Virus record (IMG/VR): IMGVR_UViG_3300048575_000380
Coordinates: 1-46,907 of that record
From: a virus
Lineage: Duplodnaviria > Caudoviricetes
Direction: 5' to 3' (one strand)
Length of the DNA stretch: 46,907 bases
In this document: in pieces, positions 26,595-36,655 of the stretch
Position numbering within the stretch: the first letter of the stretch is position 1
Layout: every line of letters starts with the position of its first letter
The notes under the pieces: model-generated
What the model was told of the DNA's origin: nothing
Database searches by the model: none
What the model saw: the letters and a program-made list of their open reading frames with translations, nothing else
Translations under genes and position numbers: made by a program

Positions 26595-29500
26595 ATGGCC
26601 GTCGATTGGGACCAGATCTTCGGCGACCCAAAGCTCGGGTCGCCGCAGGAGGCGCCTGAGGCCGCGGCGGTTGCGGCACCGACGTCTCCGCGGTACGCCC
26701 CGGCGCCGAAGACGCAAACCGAAGCCGCTGCGCGGCTGGCCGAGGTGGCCGATGCGGAAGAGGACATCCGGGCCTGGGCCGAGAGCAAGCGGCTGAAGAA
26801 GGGTGGGGAGAAGTCGGCATCTGCGCCGGGTGGCGGCCCGGGCGATGCCGCCCCCAAGCCTGAGCGCAAGGCTGGGCGTGGGGTCAACTGGGATGAGATC
26901 TTCGGCCCCGAGCAAGCGCCGGCGCCGCCGCCTCCGGCGGCGCCAGGACTGCTGGAACGTGCGGGCACCTGGCTGCGCGAGAAAGCCACGTTGCCGATGC
27001 CTGATGCGTCGCACGTGACGGCAGAGCAGGCGCAGGGAATGCTGCCGGACGAAAGCGCAGGAACTGCGTCGCCGGCCGATCAGTCGGAGCCTGAGCAGCA
27101 GACGATCACCCGCGCCAGGGACCCGCGCTCGTTCGGCACGCAGCCAGACCGTCGTGCGCGCGATGCCTTCGCGGCGAGTGACCCGCGGCGCGTGGATCGC
27201 CCGCTGACGGCGGCCGAGATGCTGCAGCAGCCGGACCCGGACATCGGCCGGCGCGTGCTGGCCGAGCGGTTGCAGGAGAGCCAGTCACCCGAGCGTCAGG
27301 CGCGCGAGCGGGCGGAGGCCATCGCTGCTGAGCGGCGCCCGCAAGAGGCCAAGCCGCTGGAATGGACCAACCGCCAGATGGAGGATCTGCGGGCCGGCGT
27401 GAAGAACCCGGCGGCGCGCGGCGTTGTCTCTGGCGTCGCGGAACTCGGCAAGGTCGGCACCGGCGCGGTTCGCCTGGCGGCCGATCTGTTTGGTGCGGAT
27501 GCGGTTGCCCAGTTCGCCGCTGGTGCGGAGAAGAAGGCGGAGGCCACCAGCAACGGCGCGATGCAGGACCTGAAGGGCAACGACAAGCTGGTGGCCGAGG
27601 TGTTCTCGTCCATCACGAACTCGCTGCCGTCGTTGGCATTGGGCGTTGCCGGCGGGGGGGCGCTGCGCACGCTGTTCGCGCAGTCGGCGCTGCAGGAGTA
27701 CGGCGCCGGCCGCGATGCTGGCTTCGGCATCGGTGAGTCCGCGACCCGCGCCGGCATCATGGGCCTGGCCGAGGCCGCCGGCGAGAAGTTCGGCTTCGGC
27801 GAGCAGATCAAGCTGCTGAAGTCGGTGACCAAAGGCTTGCCGTCCGGCGAGATGGCCAAGGTCTTCGGCGAGATGCTGGTCAAGGAGGTGCCGGGCGAAC
27901 AGCTCACCACCCTGATGCAGACGTTGGCCGACAAGCTGGGGCCGGCCGCGCTGAAACCGGACGCCACTATGGCCGACTACCTGGAAGCGGCCGGCCAGAC
28001 GCTGAAGGTGACGCTGGGCCAGAGCCTGGTGATGGGCGGCGGCCCGGCGGCGCTGAATGGCGCGCGCCACGCGGCGGCGCGGGCCGATCAAGTCAGCGGC
28101 ATGTCGACGCCACAGATCATCGGCCAGATCGAGGGCGGGCTGCGAGCGCGCGAGCTGGCGAGCTTCATGGAGCCCGGGTCGAACACCGCGCCGACCGAGG
28201 CTCGCGCCGGCGCGCTCAAGCGCTTCGACGAACTGGCCGCGGCCTTCGGCATCAACCCGAAGGCGGTGGCGCGCGCGAAGGAAGCGGTCAACGGCATGCC
28301 GGCCGGCGACGTGCCGGGGTTCCTGGCGAAGCTGGCCGACTCGCTGTCGCAGAAGGGCCTGGTCGCCAAGCCGATCGACGCCGAGGGCATGCGCGGCCTG
28401 CAGGCGGCTGTGGCGCCGGAAGCTGAGGCGGGGGCCGACCAGGCGGTGGAAGAACCTGCAACGCCAGCGGCCGCTCCCGCTGCGCCGGCCGCCCAGGACT
28501 TCACCGGCCTGGACGAGACCATCGACCGCGCTGCGCACGAAGCGGCCACCAGCCCGCTGAACGATCGGGCCGAGCCGACCGACGCCCAGAAGGAGGCAGG
28601 GAACTACGCCAAGGGGCACGTCCGCATCAGCGGCATGGACGTGAGCATCGAGAACCCGAAGGGGTCGGTGCGGCGCAGCAAGGCCGACGAGGCGCAGCCG
28701 TGGGAAGTGCGCATGCCGGCGCACTACGGCTACATCCGCGGCAGCACCGGCTCCGACGGTGACCACGTGGACCTGTTCATCGGCGACAAGGGCGACAACG
28801 GCTCGTTCTGGGTCATCAACCAGAACAAGCCCGACTGGTCCTTCGACGAGCACAAGGTCGTCACCGGCGTCGACACCGCGGCAGAGGCCATCGAGGTCTA
28901 CCGCAGGAGCTTCGCCGACGGCTACGGCGACAAGCTGATCGGCTCCGTGTCGCAGCGCATGGATGCCGCGCAGATCAAGGCGATGTTGCCCGAGATGGGC
29001 AAGGCCGCGCCCGTCCACACCCCGAAGGCGACTGATGACCTGCAACAGCCTGACGTGGCAGTTCCTGCCGCGGTACCTGCAGGAACCCCTGCTGTTGGGC
29101 GTGATCAGCCAGGCGGAAGCAGCCGAACTGTGGGACCTGGCGCTGCTGAGCACGTCGCAGTGGATCCTGCCGCCGCCGCGCCTGCAGCCGGCCCTGCGCC
29201 GCATGCAACTGCTGCGGATGTGGGCGCCCGAGACGAAGCACTGACCCGCCCACTCGGCAAAGTCGGCCGCACGCCCAGCGCTGCCGAACCTGTCGAACTG
29301 CGCACCAACACCGACGGCACGCTGACGCCCTACCTCGGCAAGACGCCGATGCTGGACTTCGACAGCGGCGAGCCGATCGTGATCCCGGCCGGCGCGACCG
29401 ATGCGCAAGCGGTGGAGGCGATCCGCCAGGCCGGCGCCGTCAGCAGCCGGAGCAAGTTCTTCGGCGTTCAAGAGTCAACATCCGCCCCGGCCCCTGGCGA

Positions 29501-29633
29501 ATCCGTGGTGCAAGGGCAAATCGGGGTCGGTGAAGCCGGGCCCGGGGCGGACACCAAGAAGCCGGTGGGCGTGCAGGCCGTCGAGCGTCGCGTCACCTCG
29601 CTGAAGGCGCTGCTGCAGTGCCTGATGGCATGA
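26595..29633 (+). CDS. Polyvalent virion protein with an inorganic-pyrophosphatase-like (InPase) domain (1012 aa)
   Basis: PTDAQKEAGNYAKGH...IENPKGS.R...HYGYI.G..G.DGDHVD.F.G...FDEHKV (about 28570-28900); repeated V(D/N)WD(Q/E)IFG near the N-terminus. Confidence 0.8.
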   Translation: MAVDWDQIFGDPKLGSPQEAPEAAAVAAPTSPRYAPAPKTQTEAAARLAEVADAEEDIRAWAESKRLKKGGEKSASAPGGGPGDAAPKPERKAGRGVNWDEIFGPEQAPAPPPPAAPGLLERAGTWLREKATLPMPDASHVTAEQAQGMLPDESAGTASPADQSEPEQQTITRARDPRSFGTQPDRRARDAFAASDPRRVDRPLTAAEMLQQPDPDIGRRVLAERLQESQSPERQARERAEAIAAERRPQEAKPLEWTNRQMEDLRAGVKNPAARGVVSGVAELGKVGTGAVRLAADLFGADAVAQFAAGAEKKAEATSNGAMQDLKGNDKLVAEVFSSITNSLPSLALGVAGGGALRTLFAQSALQEYGAGRDAGFGIGESATRAGIMGLAEAAGEKFGFGEQIKLLKSVTKGLPSGEMAKVFGEMLVKEVPGEQLTTLMQTLADKLGPAALKPDATMADYLEAAGQTLKVTLGQSLVMGGGPAALNGARHAAARADQVSGMSTPQIIGQIEGGLRARELASFMEPGSNTAPTEARAGALKRFDELAAAFGINPKAVARAKEAVNGMPAGDVPGFLAKLADSLSQKGLVAKPIDAEGMRGLQAAVAPEAEAGADQAVEEPATPAAAPAAPAAQDFTGLDETIDRAAHEAATSPLNDRAEPTDAQKEAGNYAKGHVRISGMDVSIENPKGSVRRSKADEAQPWEVRMPAHYGYIRGSTGSDGDHVDLFIGDKGDNGSFWVINQNKPDWSFDEHKVVTGVDTAAEAIEVYRRSFADGYGDKLIGSVSQRMDAAQIKAMLPEMGKAAPVHTPKATDDLQQPDVAVPAAVPAGTPAVGRDQPGGSSRTVGPGAAEHVAVDPAAAAPAAGPAPHATAADVGARDEALTRPLGKVGRTPSAAEPVELRTNTDGTLTPYLGKTPMLDFDSGEPIVIPAGATDAQAVEAIRQAGAVSSRSKFFGVQESTSAPAPGESVVQGQIGVGEAGPGADTKKPVGVQAVERRVTSLKALLQCLMA
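29035..29244 (+). CDS. Nested +1-frame gene (69 aa) inside the 1012-aa gene
   Basis: GAAGG before the ATG; 64 of 69 codons end in G/C while the host frame becomes A/T-ending and low-complexity. Confidence 0.7.
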   Translation: MTCNSLTWQFLPRYLQEPLLLGVISQAEAAELWDLALLSTSQWILPPPRLQPALRRMQLLRMWAPETKH

Positions 29634-29953
29634 AGCCCGAACTGGTCGAGCTGGCCGAGAGCATCGAAGCCAGCCTCGCGGCCATCGCTGAGAAGCTGGA
29701 CATCGCAGCCACCGCGGAAGCGGCCCTCGGCGAATTGCTCGAACTGCTGCAGGCCCGCAAGGGCATCGACCTGTCTCCGCTGGTGGCTGCGGTGCGCGAG
29801 TGCGCGCCAGTGGTCACAGTGAACGTGCCGCCGGCCCCGCAGCCGGTGGTGCAAGTCCTCCCCGCGCCCGCACAGGGCGAGTGGGAGATCACCCGCCCGG
29901 GTTCGTATGGTCAGGCTGATGTGGTGCTGGCCAGGATCAAGAGGATTGCATGA
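29630..29953 (+). CDS. Hypothetical protein (107 aa)
   Basis: ATGA overlaps; helical N-terminus and a PVVTVNVPPAP motif. Confidence 0.7.
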   Translation: MKPELVELAESIEASLAAIAEKLDIAATAEAALGELLELLQARKGIDLSPLVAAVRECAPVVTVNVPPAPQPVVQVLPAPAQGEWEITRPGSYGQADVVLARIKRIA

Positions 29954-31272
29954 CTGCCACCATTGAACAACTCGCCGCGCTGGACTCGATCAAGTCGGCG
30001 GCGCAAGCCGTGCTCAGCGCAGAGTCGACTCTGCGCGCGAGCTTGACTGCCGAACCTGCGCCGGCTCCGAGTCCTGCACCCGCGCCTTCTCCGGCTCCGA
30101 GCCCGGCGCCCGCACCCGCACCCGCCCCGACCCCAACGCCAACCGGGGCCATCGTGTGGACCAAAGGCGCCAGCACCGACCCAAGCTTGGCCCCCGCCTC
30201 CACACCTGGCCAGCCCATTGTGATGATCCTGCATGGCAGTGGCGGCGGCCCGATCCCTGACGGCGATCGGGTCGGGGATTGGTGGGTCGGCGAATGCTCA
30301 GGGGACCTGAAGTTCGACGCCGGTCCGCAAAGCCAGATGTACATGGCGGTGACGCTGGGTGGTGACCACATGCGGCTGCGCCCGAACGACCGCCAACAGC
30401 GCGCCGACGGGCAATGGCTGCAGTCACAGTGGTCCGGGTGGTCTAACGGCGACGGCGTGCTGAACCTATACACGGACCGCCGACTGGTCAAGATGCTGCA
30501 GACGATCGCCGAGCGCTACCCGCAGGGCGACACCAACAACATCCAAGTGTCCGGCCAAAGCATGGGCGGCTGGGCCGCTGCGCGTCTGGCTGTGCGCCAT
30601 GGTGACCTGCTGACCGCGTGTTTCGCCTGGCAGCCGCGGTGGCGGTCGGCGTCCGCGGTCGGCCTGCTGGAGATCGTGGACTGGCCTGGCGGTGGCGCGA
30701 CGCGAATGCCGTTTGACGCGGCGCCTACGCTGGCGGCAGCGGACGGCGGAGGCCCTGCGCTCGGGTACTTCGACAACATCGCCGGCATCCTCGATCCGAC
30801 GCGCGTGATCCCGTGGATCGGCTTCGCCATCGGCGCCAATGACCAGTACGTGCCTTGGGTCGACACGCTGCAGGCGCACGATGCCTTGCGCGCCATGAAG
30901 CGGCCTTTCGCTTTCGCGTGGAACCAGGGAGATCACGGCACGCCGCCGAGCATGCAAGAGATCGAGACCAGCTACGCGCTGGACCGCACGATGTTCCGCA
31001 AGGGCGTCCCCTACCTGAGCGGCAGCTCGCGTGACAAGGATCCGCACGTAGACCCGGCGGGCGGCGTCAACCTGGGCTTCTACTGGCGCAACGTTGTCGA
31101 GACCGCGACGAGCTGGTCTTGCCAGCTCACAAACACCAAGGGCGCGACCACGGTGACCGTGGAGCCGTGCAGCACGTTGTTCCCGCGCGGCGTTCGCTCG
31201 GCCGATCCGGTCGCTGCCAAGACGGTGACGACGGTGCCCGGAAGTTGGGTCACGGTGAGCTTCACGGCATGA
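29950..31272 (+). CDS. Alpha/beta-hydrolase (esterase-like) with N-terminal helix and Pro-Ala linker
   Basis: ILHGSGG, nucleophile elbow GQSMGG, candidate Asp (GANDQ) and His (QGDH). Confidence 0.75.
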   Translation: MTATIEQLAALDSIKSAAQAVLSAESTLRASLTAEPAPAPSPAPAPSPAPSPAPAPAPAPTPTPTGAIVWTKGASTDPSLAPASTPGQPIVMILHGSGGGPIPDGDRVGDWWVGECSGDLKFDAGPQSQMYMAVTLGGDHMRLRPNDRQQRADGQWLQSQWSGWSNGDGVLNLYTDRRLVKMLQTIAERYPQGDTNNIQVSGQSMGGWAAARLAVRHGDLLTACFAWQPRWRSASAVGLLEIVDWPGGGATRMPFDAAPTLAAADGGGPALGYFDNIAGILDPTRVIPWIGFAIGANDQYVPWVDTLQAHDALRAMKRPFAFAWNQGDHGTPPSMQEIETSYALDRTMFRKGVPYLSGSSRDKDPHVDPAGGVNLGFYWRNVVETATSWSCQLTNTKGATTVTVEPCSTLFPRGVRSADPVAAKTVTTVPGSWVTVSFTA

Positions 31273-33386
31273 GCACCACCACCGATCTCTACGCGGCACT
31301 CGTCGCCGCGACGGAGACTCTGCACGCCACGGCCGTCGGCGCGCGCCAAGTGCTGCTCGCGACGACAGAGCCGACTCCGGAACCGGAGCCTGACCCTGTC
31401 GTCGATCCGCCGGCCCCCGTTGCGCCGACGCTGCCCACGACTCGGATCCTCGATTACCGCCGCATCGTGATGTTCCGCGAGTGGTCCTGGGGCGACGCTT
31501 ACGACCGTGAGGAAAAGCCCATCATCGCCACCGGCCCGACGCTCAAGCTCACGCTGGCTGCCGCAAGCCAGGGGCGTGATGACGGGCAAGGGTGGTACCC
31601 GAAGACGAGCACGCGATCTTTCGAAGCGGCGCAGTACCAGATCACAAGCAATGGAGCGGTAGTCGGGTCCGTGTCTCCGGCTGCTGGATCGGTCTATGCC
31701 GACGTGACGCTCAACACCGCGGCCATGGACCCCGGCTGGCATCTGCTGGACATCGAGGGCAGCGATGAGTCGATGATCCCGCTGGCTGTGTACGTCCAGC
31801 GAGCGGACTACACGCCGGACCGCATGCTGATCGTGCAAGCGACCTACGGGGTCTACTCGCATCATTGGGGGCAGGTGTCGTGGGCGTGGGTGCCGATGCA
31901 GCGCACGCCGACCAGCGTGCCTTACGTGCTGCGCGCCGCGGCGCCGTTTTCGGATCTGCGGTACCGGAAGACGTTGGTCGAGTTCGAGGTCGTGCCGTGG
32001 CGCCACCACGACGACTACCGGCCGCGCCTGACGAACGGCGTGGTCCACGGCTCGAACACGCAGTCCTACTACTGGTATGACCTGGCCAGCAGCCGCTACC
32101 CGTCGCTGCCGTGCCTTGACGGTCCTCGCGGCGTCGGCACGCTCAGCGCCCCGATGCACATCCAGATCGGGCGCAACGGCGGGCTGTACGTGTGCACGTC
32201 ATGGAGCCTGGTGCACATCGATCCCAAGGGCACGTTGAAAACCTTGCTCGGATGGCGTCACACCGCCCCGGCCGGGCTTCCGATCCCGGCCACCGACGCG
32301 ACGCGCAAGGCCACTTGCGAGCTGGTCGGTGACTGGTCTGCTATCGCCGAAGCTGACCGCGGTCCGCACGAGCTGTGGGGGATGGCCTGGCGGCCGTCCA
32401 CCGTTGTGATCGACGAGTCGGCCGCGCCCATGCTGAACGGCGACAACGGGATGGAGAAGCCCCACATCGTTGGGCCACAGGCGTTCCTTGCCGACAGCCA
32501 GGGCAATCGCATCCTGCGCGCGAAGTTCGACCCCCGCAGCCACGACACGCCGGCCAAGATCACGGTGCTGGCGACGGGGCAGGACTACTGGGACGTGGCC
32601 TGCGGGCCCGACGACACGATCTACGCATCGGAGCGCGGGGCCGACCGCGTGGTGGTGCTGGACCCCGACACTGGCGCCGTGCGCGACGTGCTGTTGCAGG
32701 GACAGCCAGGGTTGGCGACGATCGCTCAGGGCCGCTTGCCTCGCTTGCTGTGCACGCTGGAGCAAGCGCAGGCGCAGCCCGTTCTGAGGCCTGAAGGCCT
32801 GTACCTGCTCGACGACTGGCTTTACGTGGCATCGAGCGCGATGAGGCAGGTGCTGCGCGTCAATGTCAAGACGCGCGAACGGCAGGTTGTTGTCGCAGCG
32901 GCCTACTGGACCGACGGTGTGCCGTTCTACAAGATCGCGGTGAGCGACGGCGGCTTCGGGCCGCGCGGCACTGTGTTCCTTCAGAGCTGGAGCGTGCGCA
33001 ACCAGGGCCGGCCACTGGCATACCTGCCCGATGGGTCAGACTGGCGCTACGTGGCCAACGACGCGAAGTCGTCGGACCCAGCGACGTACGGGCCTGGACT
33101 GCCCTGGCGCACGGTTGACTATGGCTCCGCCTGCGCGGTGGGTCAGGGGCGGCTTGTACACGGCGGGTCCAGCGAGGGCATTTGGTCGATCGAGGCCGCG
33201 CAGCCGAGCGATCAGGTCGTCACCGAGAAGCGCTGGACGGCCGCGTCAGGTGCATACGCCGATGCTGATCTCGTGCTTACGCATGGGCAGGGCGGGTTTT
33301 CGCACTTCTATTCGACACCGCCGTGGGGCGTCAGCGCCGCGGTGGGCGACTACTTGGCCATGCATGGCCACCGGCAGGAGGTTTAA
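31269..33386 (+). CDS. Large beta-propeller (NHL-like) protein with N-terminal helix and Pro-rich linker (705 aa)
   Basis: Blade-like repeats: FLADSQGNRI, WDVACGPDDTIYASERGADRV, PEGLYLLDDWLYVASS. Confidence 0.65.
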   Translation: MSTTTDLYAALVAATETLHATAVGARQVLLATTEPTPEPEPDPVVDPPAPVAPTLPTTRILDYRRIVMFREWSWGDAYDREEKPIIATGPTLKLTLAAASQGRDDGQGWYPKTSTRSFEAAQYQITSNGAVVGSVSPAAGSVYADVTLNTAAMDPGWHLLDIEGSDESMIPLAVYVQRADYTPDRMLIVQATYGVYSHHWGQVSWAWVPMQRTPTSVPYVLRAAAPFSDLRYRKTLVEFEVVPWRHHDDYRPRLTNGVVHGSNTQSYYWYDLASSRYPSLPCLDGPRGVGTLSAPMHIQIGRNGGLYVCTSWSLVHIDPKGTLKTLLGWRHTAPAGLPIPATDATRKATCELVGDWSAIAEADRGPHELWGMAWRPSTVVIDESAAPMLNGDNGMEKPHIVGPQAFLADSQGNRILRAKFDPRSHDTPAKITVLATGQDYWDVACGPDDTIYASERGADRVVVLDPDTGAVRDVLLQGQPGLATIAQGRLPRLLCTLEQAQAQPVLRPEGLYLLDDWLYVASSAMRQVLRVNVKTRERQVVVAAAYWTDGVPFYKIAVSDGGFGPRGTVFLQSWSVRNQGRPLAYLPDGSDWRYVANDAKSSDPATYGPGLPWRTVDYGSACAVGQGRLVHGGSSEGIWSIEAAQPSDQVVTEKRWTAASGAYADADLVLTHGQGGFSHFYSTPPWGVSAAVGDYLAMHGHRQEV

Positions 33387-33389
33387 GGC

Positions 33390-33815
33390 ATGGCCAACAG
33401 CAACACCAACACCACCGCGGTTGCATTCGGTGGTACCTCTACGATGTCGACCCCGAAGGGGTTGAGCAGCACCAACCGCTTCATCTTCGACGCCATCACT
33501 GTTCACGCCGATGCAGTGTCCGCGGCTTTGACCGTGACACTTGACAACCAGGGCACACCAGCCAGCGGCGACTATGTGGATCTGCAGATCGCGTGGTCGG
33601 CGGATGGCACGAGTTTCGACTCCGACGAACACGCCATGTACTTGCCGCGCATGGACACCTTCGGCACCAACGATCCAGGCGAAGATCCGTGCACGCGGAC
33701 ATTCACTCTTCACGTAAGTGGCAAGCAGAAGTTCAAACTGCTGGCAAAGGCCAACCAAGGTGGAACGCGCACCGTCAACCTCAGCGCGATCTATAACGAA
33801 CATCGCATGGCTTGA
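33390..33815 (+). CDS. Hypothetical beta-sandwich virion-like protein (141 aa)
   Basis: AGGAGG RBS; beta-rich sequence. Confidence 0.7.
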   Translation: MANSNTNTTAVAFGGTSTMSTPKGLSSTNRFIFDAITVHADAVSAALTVTLDNQGTPASGDYVDLQIAWSADGTSFDSDEHAMYLPRMDTFGTNDPGEDPCTRTFTLHVSGKQKFKLLAKANQGGTRTVNLSAIYNEHRMA

Positions 33816-33818
33816 TCC

Positions 33819-34592
33819 ATGACGATACGATATTCCCCCTCGAAGTGGGACCAGCAGCCGCCGGCCGAGTGGGAATCGCTGAACGCCAGCTTGCCGGCAC
33901 CGACAGCGGTCTTCAGATCGACCGGCAACCAGCAGCTGGCGCGCGGGGTTGGAATCGCGTCGTCCTCATACATCAACTGCAGCCGGACTAATACCGCCGC
34001 GGGGACTGCAGTCAAAGTTGCCGGCGCAAGCGGCGACGGGATTCAGCACACCTTCGTCGAGTCCATCGCGCGCAAGGACTGGGCCATAGCAGCAGTCGTC
34101 CGCATTGACAGCATCGCTGCCAATGGAACTATTTTCGGCTTGAATGGATTGCTACAGGTTCGCGTTACGACCGGCGGTCAGATTGAGATGCTGAACGAAG
34201 GCAACTTCTCAATGGCGACCAGTTCGTTCGCTGGCTACGGTGCCGGGCAAGTGCGATGTTTCGTCGTGCGGGGCGTTACGGGCGGCCCGGTAACTTGTTA
34301 TGAAGGTGGATTGCTGCGTGCCAGTTATGCGCCCGAACTGGACATCGGGGTCGTTGACAAGTTCATCACCTTTGGCCGACGCGGCGGCGCGAGCGAAGCG
34401 CTCAATGGAGCGATTGTCGACGCGGCCTTCTGGGGCCGTGAGATTCCGAGCGCGGGCCAGTGCGCAGAGGTCTCCGGCGATTTCTATGGTCGACTATTCG
34501 CTCTTGACCTCCCGCGGGTTGTGTCGAACGTCGCTGCTGCGACCTTGTTCCGTCGAACCCTTTCGAACCGCGTAGGAAGCAGAAATGTTTGA
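33819..34592 (+). CDS. LamG/concanavalin-A-like lectin-domain protein
   Basis: WAIAAVVR...YEGG...FGRR...LNGAIVDAAFWGREI pattern; visibly lower GC3 than its neighbours. Confidence 0.6.
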   Translation: MTIRYSPSKWDQQPPAEWESLNASLPAPTAVFRSTGNQQLARGVGIASSSYINCSRTNTAAGTAVKVAGASGDGIQHTFVESIARKDWAIAAVVRIDSIAANGTIFGLNGLLQVRVTTGGQIEMLNEGNFSMATSSFAGYGAGQVRCFVVRGVTGGPVTCYEGGLLRASYAPELDIGVVDKFITFGRRGGASEALNGAIVDAAFWGREIPSAGQCAEVSGDFYGRLFALDLPRVVSNVAAATLFRRTLSNRVGSRNV

Positions 34593-36315
34593 AGGCACCC
34601 TCAAGCAATCAACGGCCGTGACCGTCACGGTGCTGATGATCTCCAGCGCCGATCACATTGCCGGCAAGACCGGGCTGTCTGGCGGCCTGACGGTCTATGC
34701 GAGCAAAGCCGGCGGCGCGCCTGCTGCCATCACTCCAACCGTGACCGAGTTGGATGCTACGAACATGCCGGGCTTGTACTCGCTGGCTCTCACGACGACG
34801 CATACAAACACGCTGGGTGAACTCGCGATCAGGGTGTCTGGGTCCGGAGCCGATCCGACTGATGTCAAGTGGCAGATCTCGGCTCGGCTGAATGATGACC
34901 TGACCTACCCAACCATCAGCGGTCGATCGTTGGCGGTGGACGCGACTGGCCTAGCGGACGCCAACGTCGTCAAGGTGGGCCCATCGGGCGCCGGCACTGC
35001 TCAAACGGCGCGCGACATCGGTGCATCGGTGTTGCTCAGCAGCGGTACTGGCGCCGGTCAGATCAGCTTGAGCAGCGGTCTCGTTACCCTGGCGCCAGTG
35101 ACACACACCGGCGCGACGATCCCAACGGTTGCCACGCTCACTGGCCACACGGCGCAGACGGGAGACGCCTTTGCGCGGCTGGGTGCGCCCGCTGGTGCCT
35201 CGGTCTCGGCTGATGTTGCGGCCGTCAACGCCAGGGCCACGGACATCCAGGCGCGCCTGCCGGCGGCGCTGGTGAGCGGCAAGATCGACGCCAGCGTCAG
35301 CGCGCTGGCGTCGGGGCTGGATCTCACGGCGACGATGAAAGCCAGCGTCAATGCCGAGGCCGACGCGGCACTGTCTGACGTTGGCCTCACGACGACGATC
35401 ACCGGGCGCATCGACGCGGCCGTGAGCACGCGGCTTTCCGCGGCCGGCTACACCGCGCCCGACAACGCCACGATCAACGCAATCGCTGGCTACGTGGACA
35501 CGGAAGTAGCGTCCATCAAAGCCGTCACCGACAAGCTGGACACCACGCTGGAGGCCGACGGCGGGGTCTACCGGCTGACAGCCAACGCCCTTGAGCAGGC
35601 ACCGACCGGCGGTGGCGCGAGCGCGGCGACGATCGCGGCGGCGGTGTGGGATGAGGCGATCAGCGACCACCTCGGCGCAGGCAGCGCCGGCGCGTCGTTG
35701 AATGCGGCCGGCTCCGCTGGCGACCCGTGGACCACGACACTGCCGGGCTCCTACTCCGCCGGCCAGGCCGGCCACATCATCGGCACGAACCTGAACGCCA
35801 CGATCAGCAGCCGCTTGGCCAGCGGTGGCTACACGGCGCCGCTCGACGCCTCCGGCACCAGGTCGGCGCTCGGGCTTGCGGCGGCGAATCTCGACACGCA
35901 GCTCTCTGCAATCAGCAGCAAGACCACGAACCTGCCAAGCGATCCAGCCGATGCTTCGGACATCGCCGCGTCGTTCTCAACGGTCAACAGCTCGCTGTCC
36001 ACCATCGCCGGCTACATCGACACCGAGGTCTCTGCGATCAAGGCAAAGACCGACCTGATCCCCACGAGCCCGGCCGCCACCGGCGATGTGCCGAGCGCGG
36101 CCGCGAATGCTGCGGCATTGCTAGGCACCGCGGTTGAAGGGTCGGTCACCGTCGTGCAGTCGCTGCGACTCGCCAATGCGGCGCTGGGCGGCAAGGCCTC
36201 GGGGCTGGACACGACGAATCCGAAGTACCGCGACCTGGCGGACACCAAGGATCGCCTCGATGCCGTTGTCGACGCCAATGGCAACCGCACTGCGGTGACG
36301 CGCGACCTGAGCTGA
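34585..36315 (+). CDS. Repetitive fibre-like virion protein (576 aa)
   Basis: Ig-like N-domain (GKTGL...ELDATNMPGLY); duplicated IAGY(V/I)DTEV..IKA.TD and (T/S)RL...GYTAP blocks; C-terminal AALGGKASG...RDLADTKDR...DANGNRTAV. Confidence 0.7.
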   Translation: MFEGTLKQSTAVTVTVLMISSADHIAGKTGLSGGLTVYASKAGGAPAAITPTVTELDATNMPGLYSLALTTTHTNTLGELAIRVSGSGADPTDVKWQISARLNDDLTYPTISGRSLAVDATGLADANVVKVGPSGAGTAQTARDIGASVLLSSGTGAGQISLSSGLVTLAPVTHTGATIPTVATLTGHTAQTGDAFARLGAPAGASVSADVAAVNARATDIQARLPAALVSGKIDASVSALASGLDLTATMKASVNAEADAALSDVGLTTTITGRIDAAVSTRLSAAGYTAPDNATINAIAGYVDTEVASIKAVTDKLDTTLEADGGVYRLTANALEQAPTGGGASAATIAAAVWDEAISDHLGAGSAGASLNAAGSAGDPWTTTLPGSYSAGQAGHIIGTNLNATISSRLASGGYTAPLDASGTRSALGLAAANLDTQLSAISSKTTNLPSDPADASDIAASFSTVNSSLSTIAGYIDTEVSAIKAKTDLIPTSPAATGDVPSAAANAAALLGTAVEGSVTVVQSLRLANAALGGKASGLDTTNPKYRDLADTKDRLDAVVDANGNRTAVTRDLS

Positions 36316-36319
36316 AGCC

Positions 36320-36655
36320 GTGTTCGGCCGCACCTACTTCGGCGGACAGTACTTCGGCCCGGGTTACTTCGGGGGCGGCTCCGACACCGCTGCCCCGGGC
36401 GCCAGTGCCGCGCAGATCTGGGCCTATGTGCTGCCGAATGGCCTCACTGCCGGGCAGAACGTAGTTGGCATCTATTCGATGCTGCAGACCCTGCTGGGCG
36501 CACCGTGCCCGTCGGCTGACGACAACGCGGCCGCGGTGTTAGCTGCCTTGAGCGGCACCGAAATCCCGGTCAACGTGCTGAAGATGAACAGCGCGCCGGT
36601 GATCGGCACCGGCGCCGAAGCGGACCCCTGGAGGGGCGTGGGTGTTTCACCCTAA
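36320..36655 (+). CDS. Hypothetical protein with FGxxY repeats (111 aa)
   Basis: MFGRTYFGGQYFGPGYFGG; starts 4 nt after the upstream stop. Confidence 0.65.
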   Translation: MFGRTYFGGQYFGPGYFGGGSDTAAPGASAAQIWAYVLPNGLTAGQNVVGIYSMLQTLLGAPCPSADDNAAAVLAALSGTEIPVNVLKMNSAPVIGTGAEADPWRGVGVSP

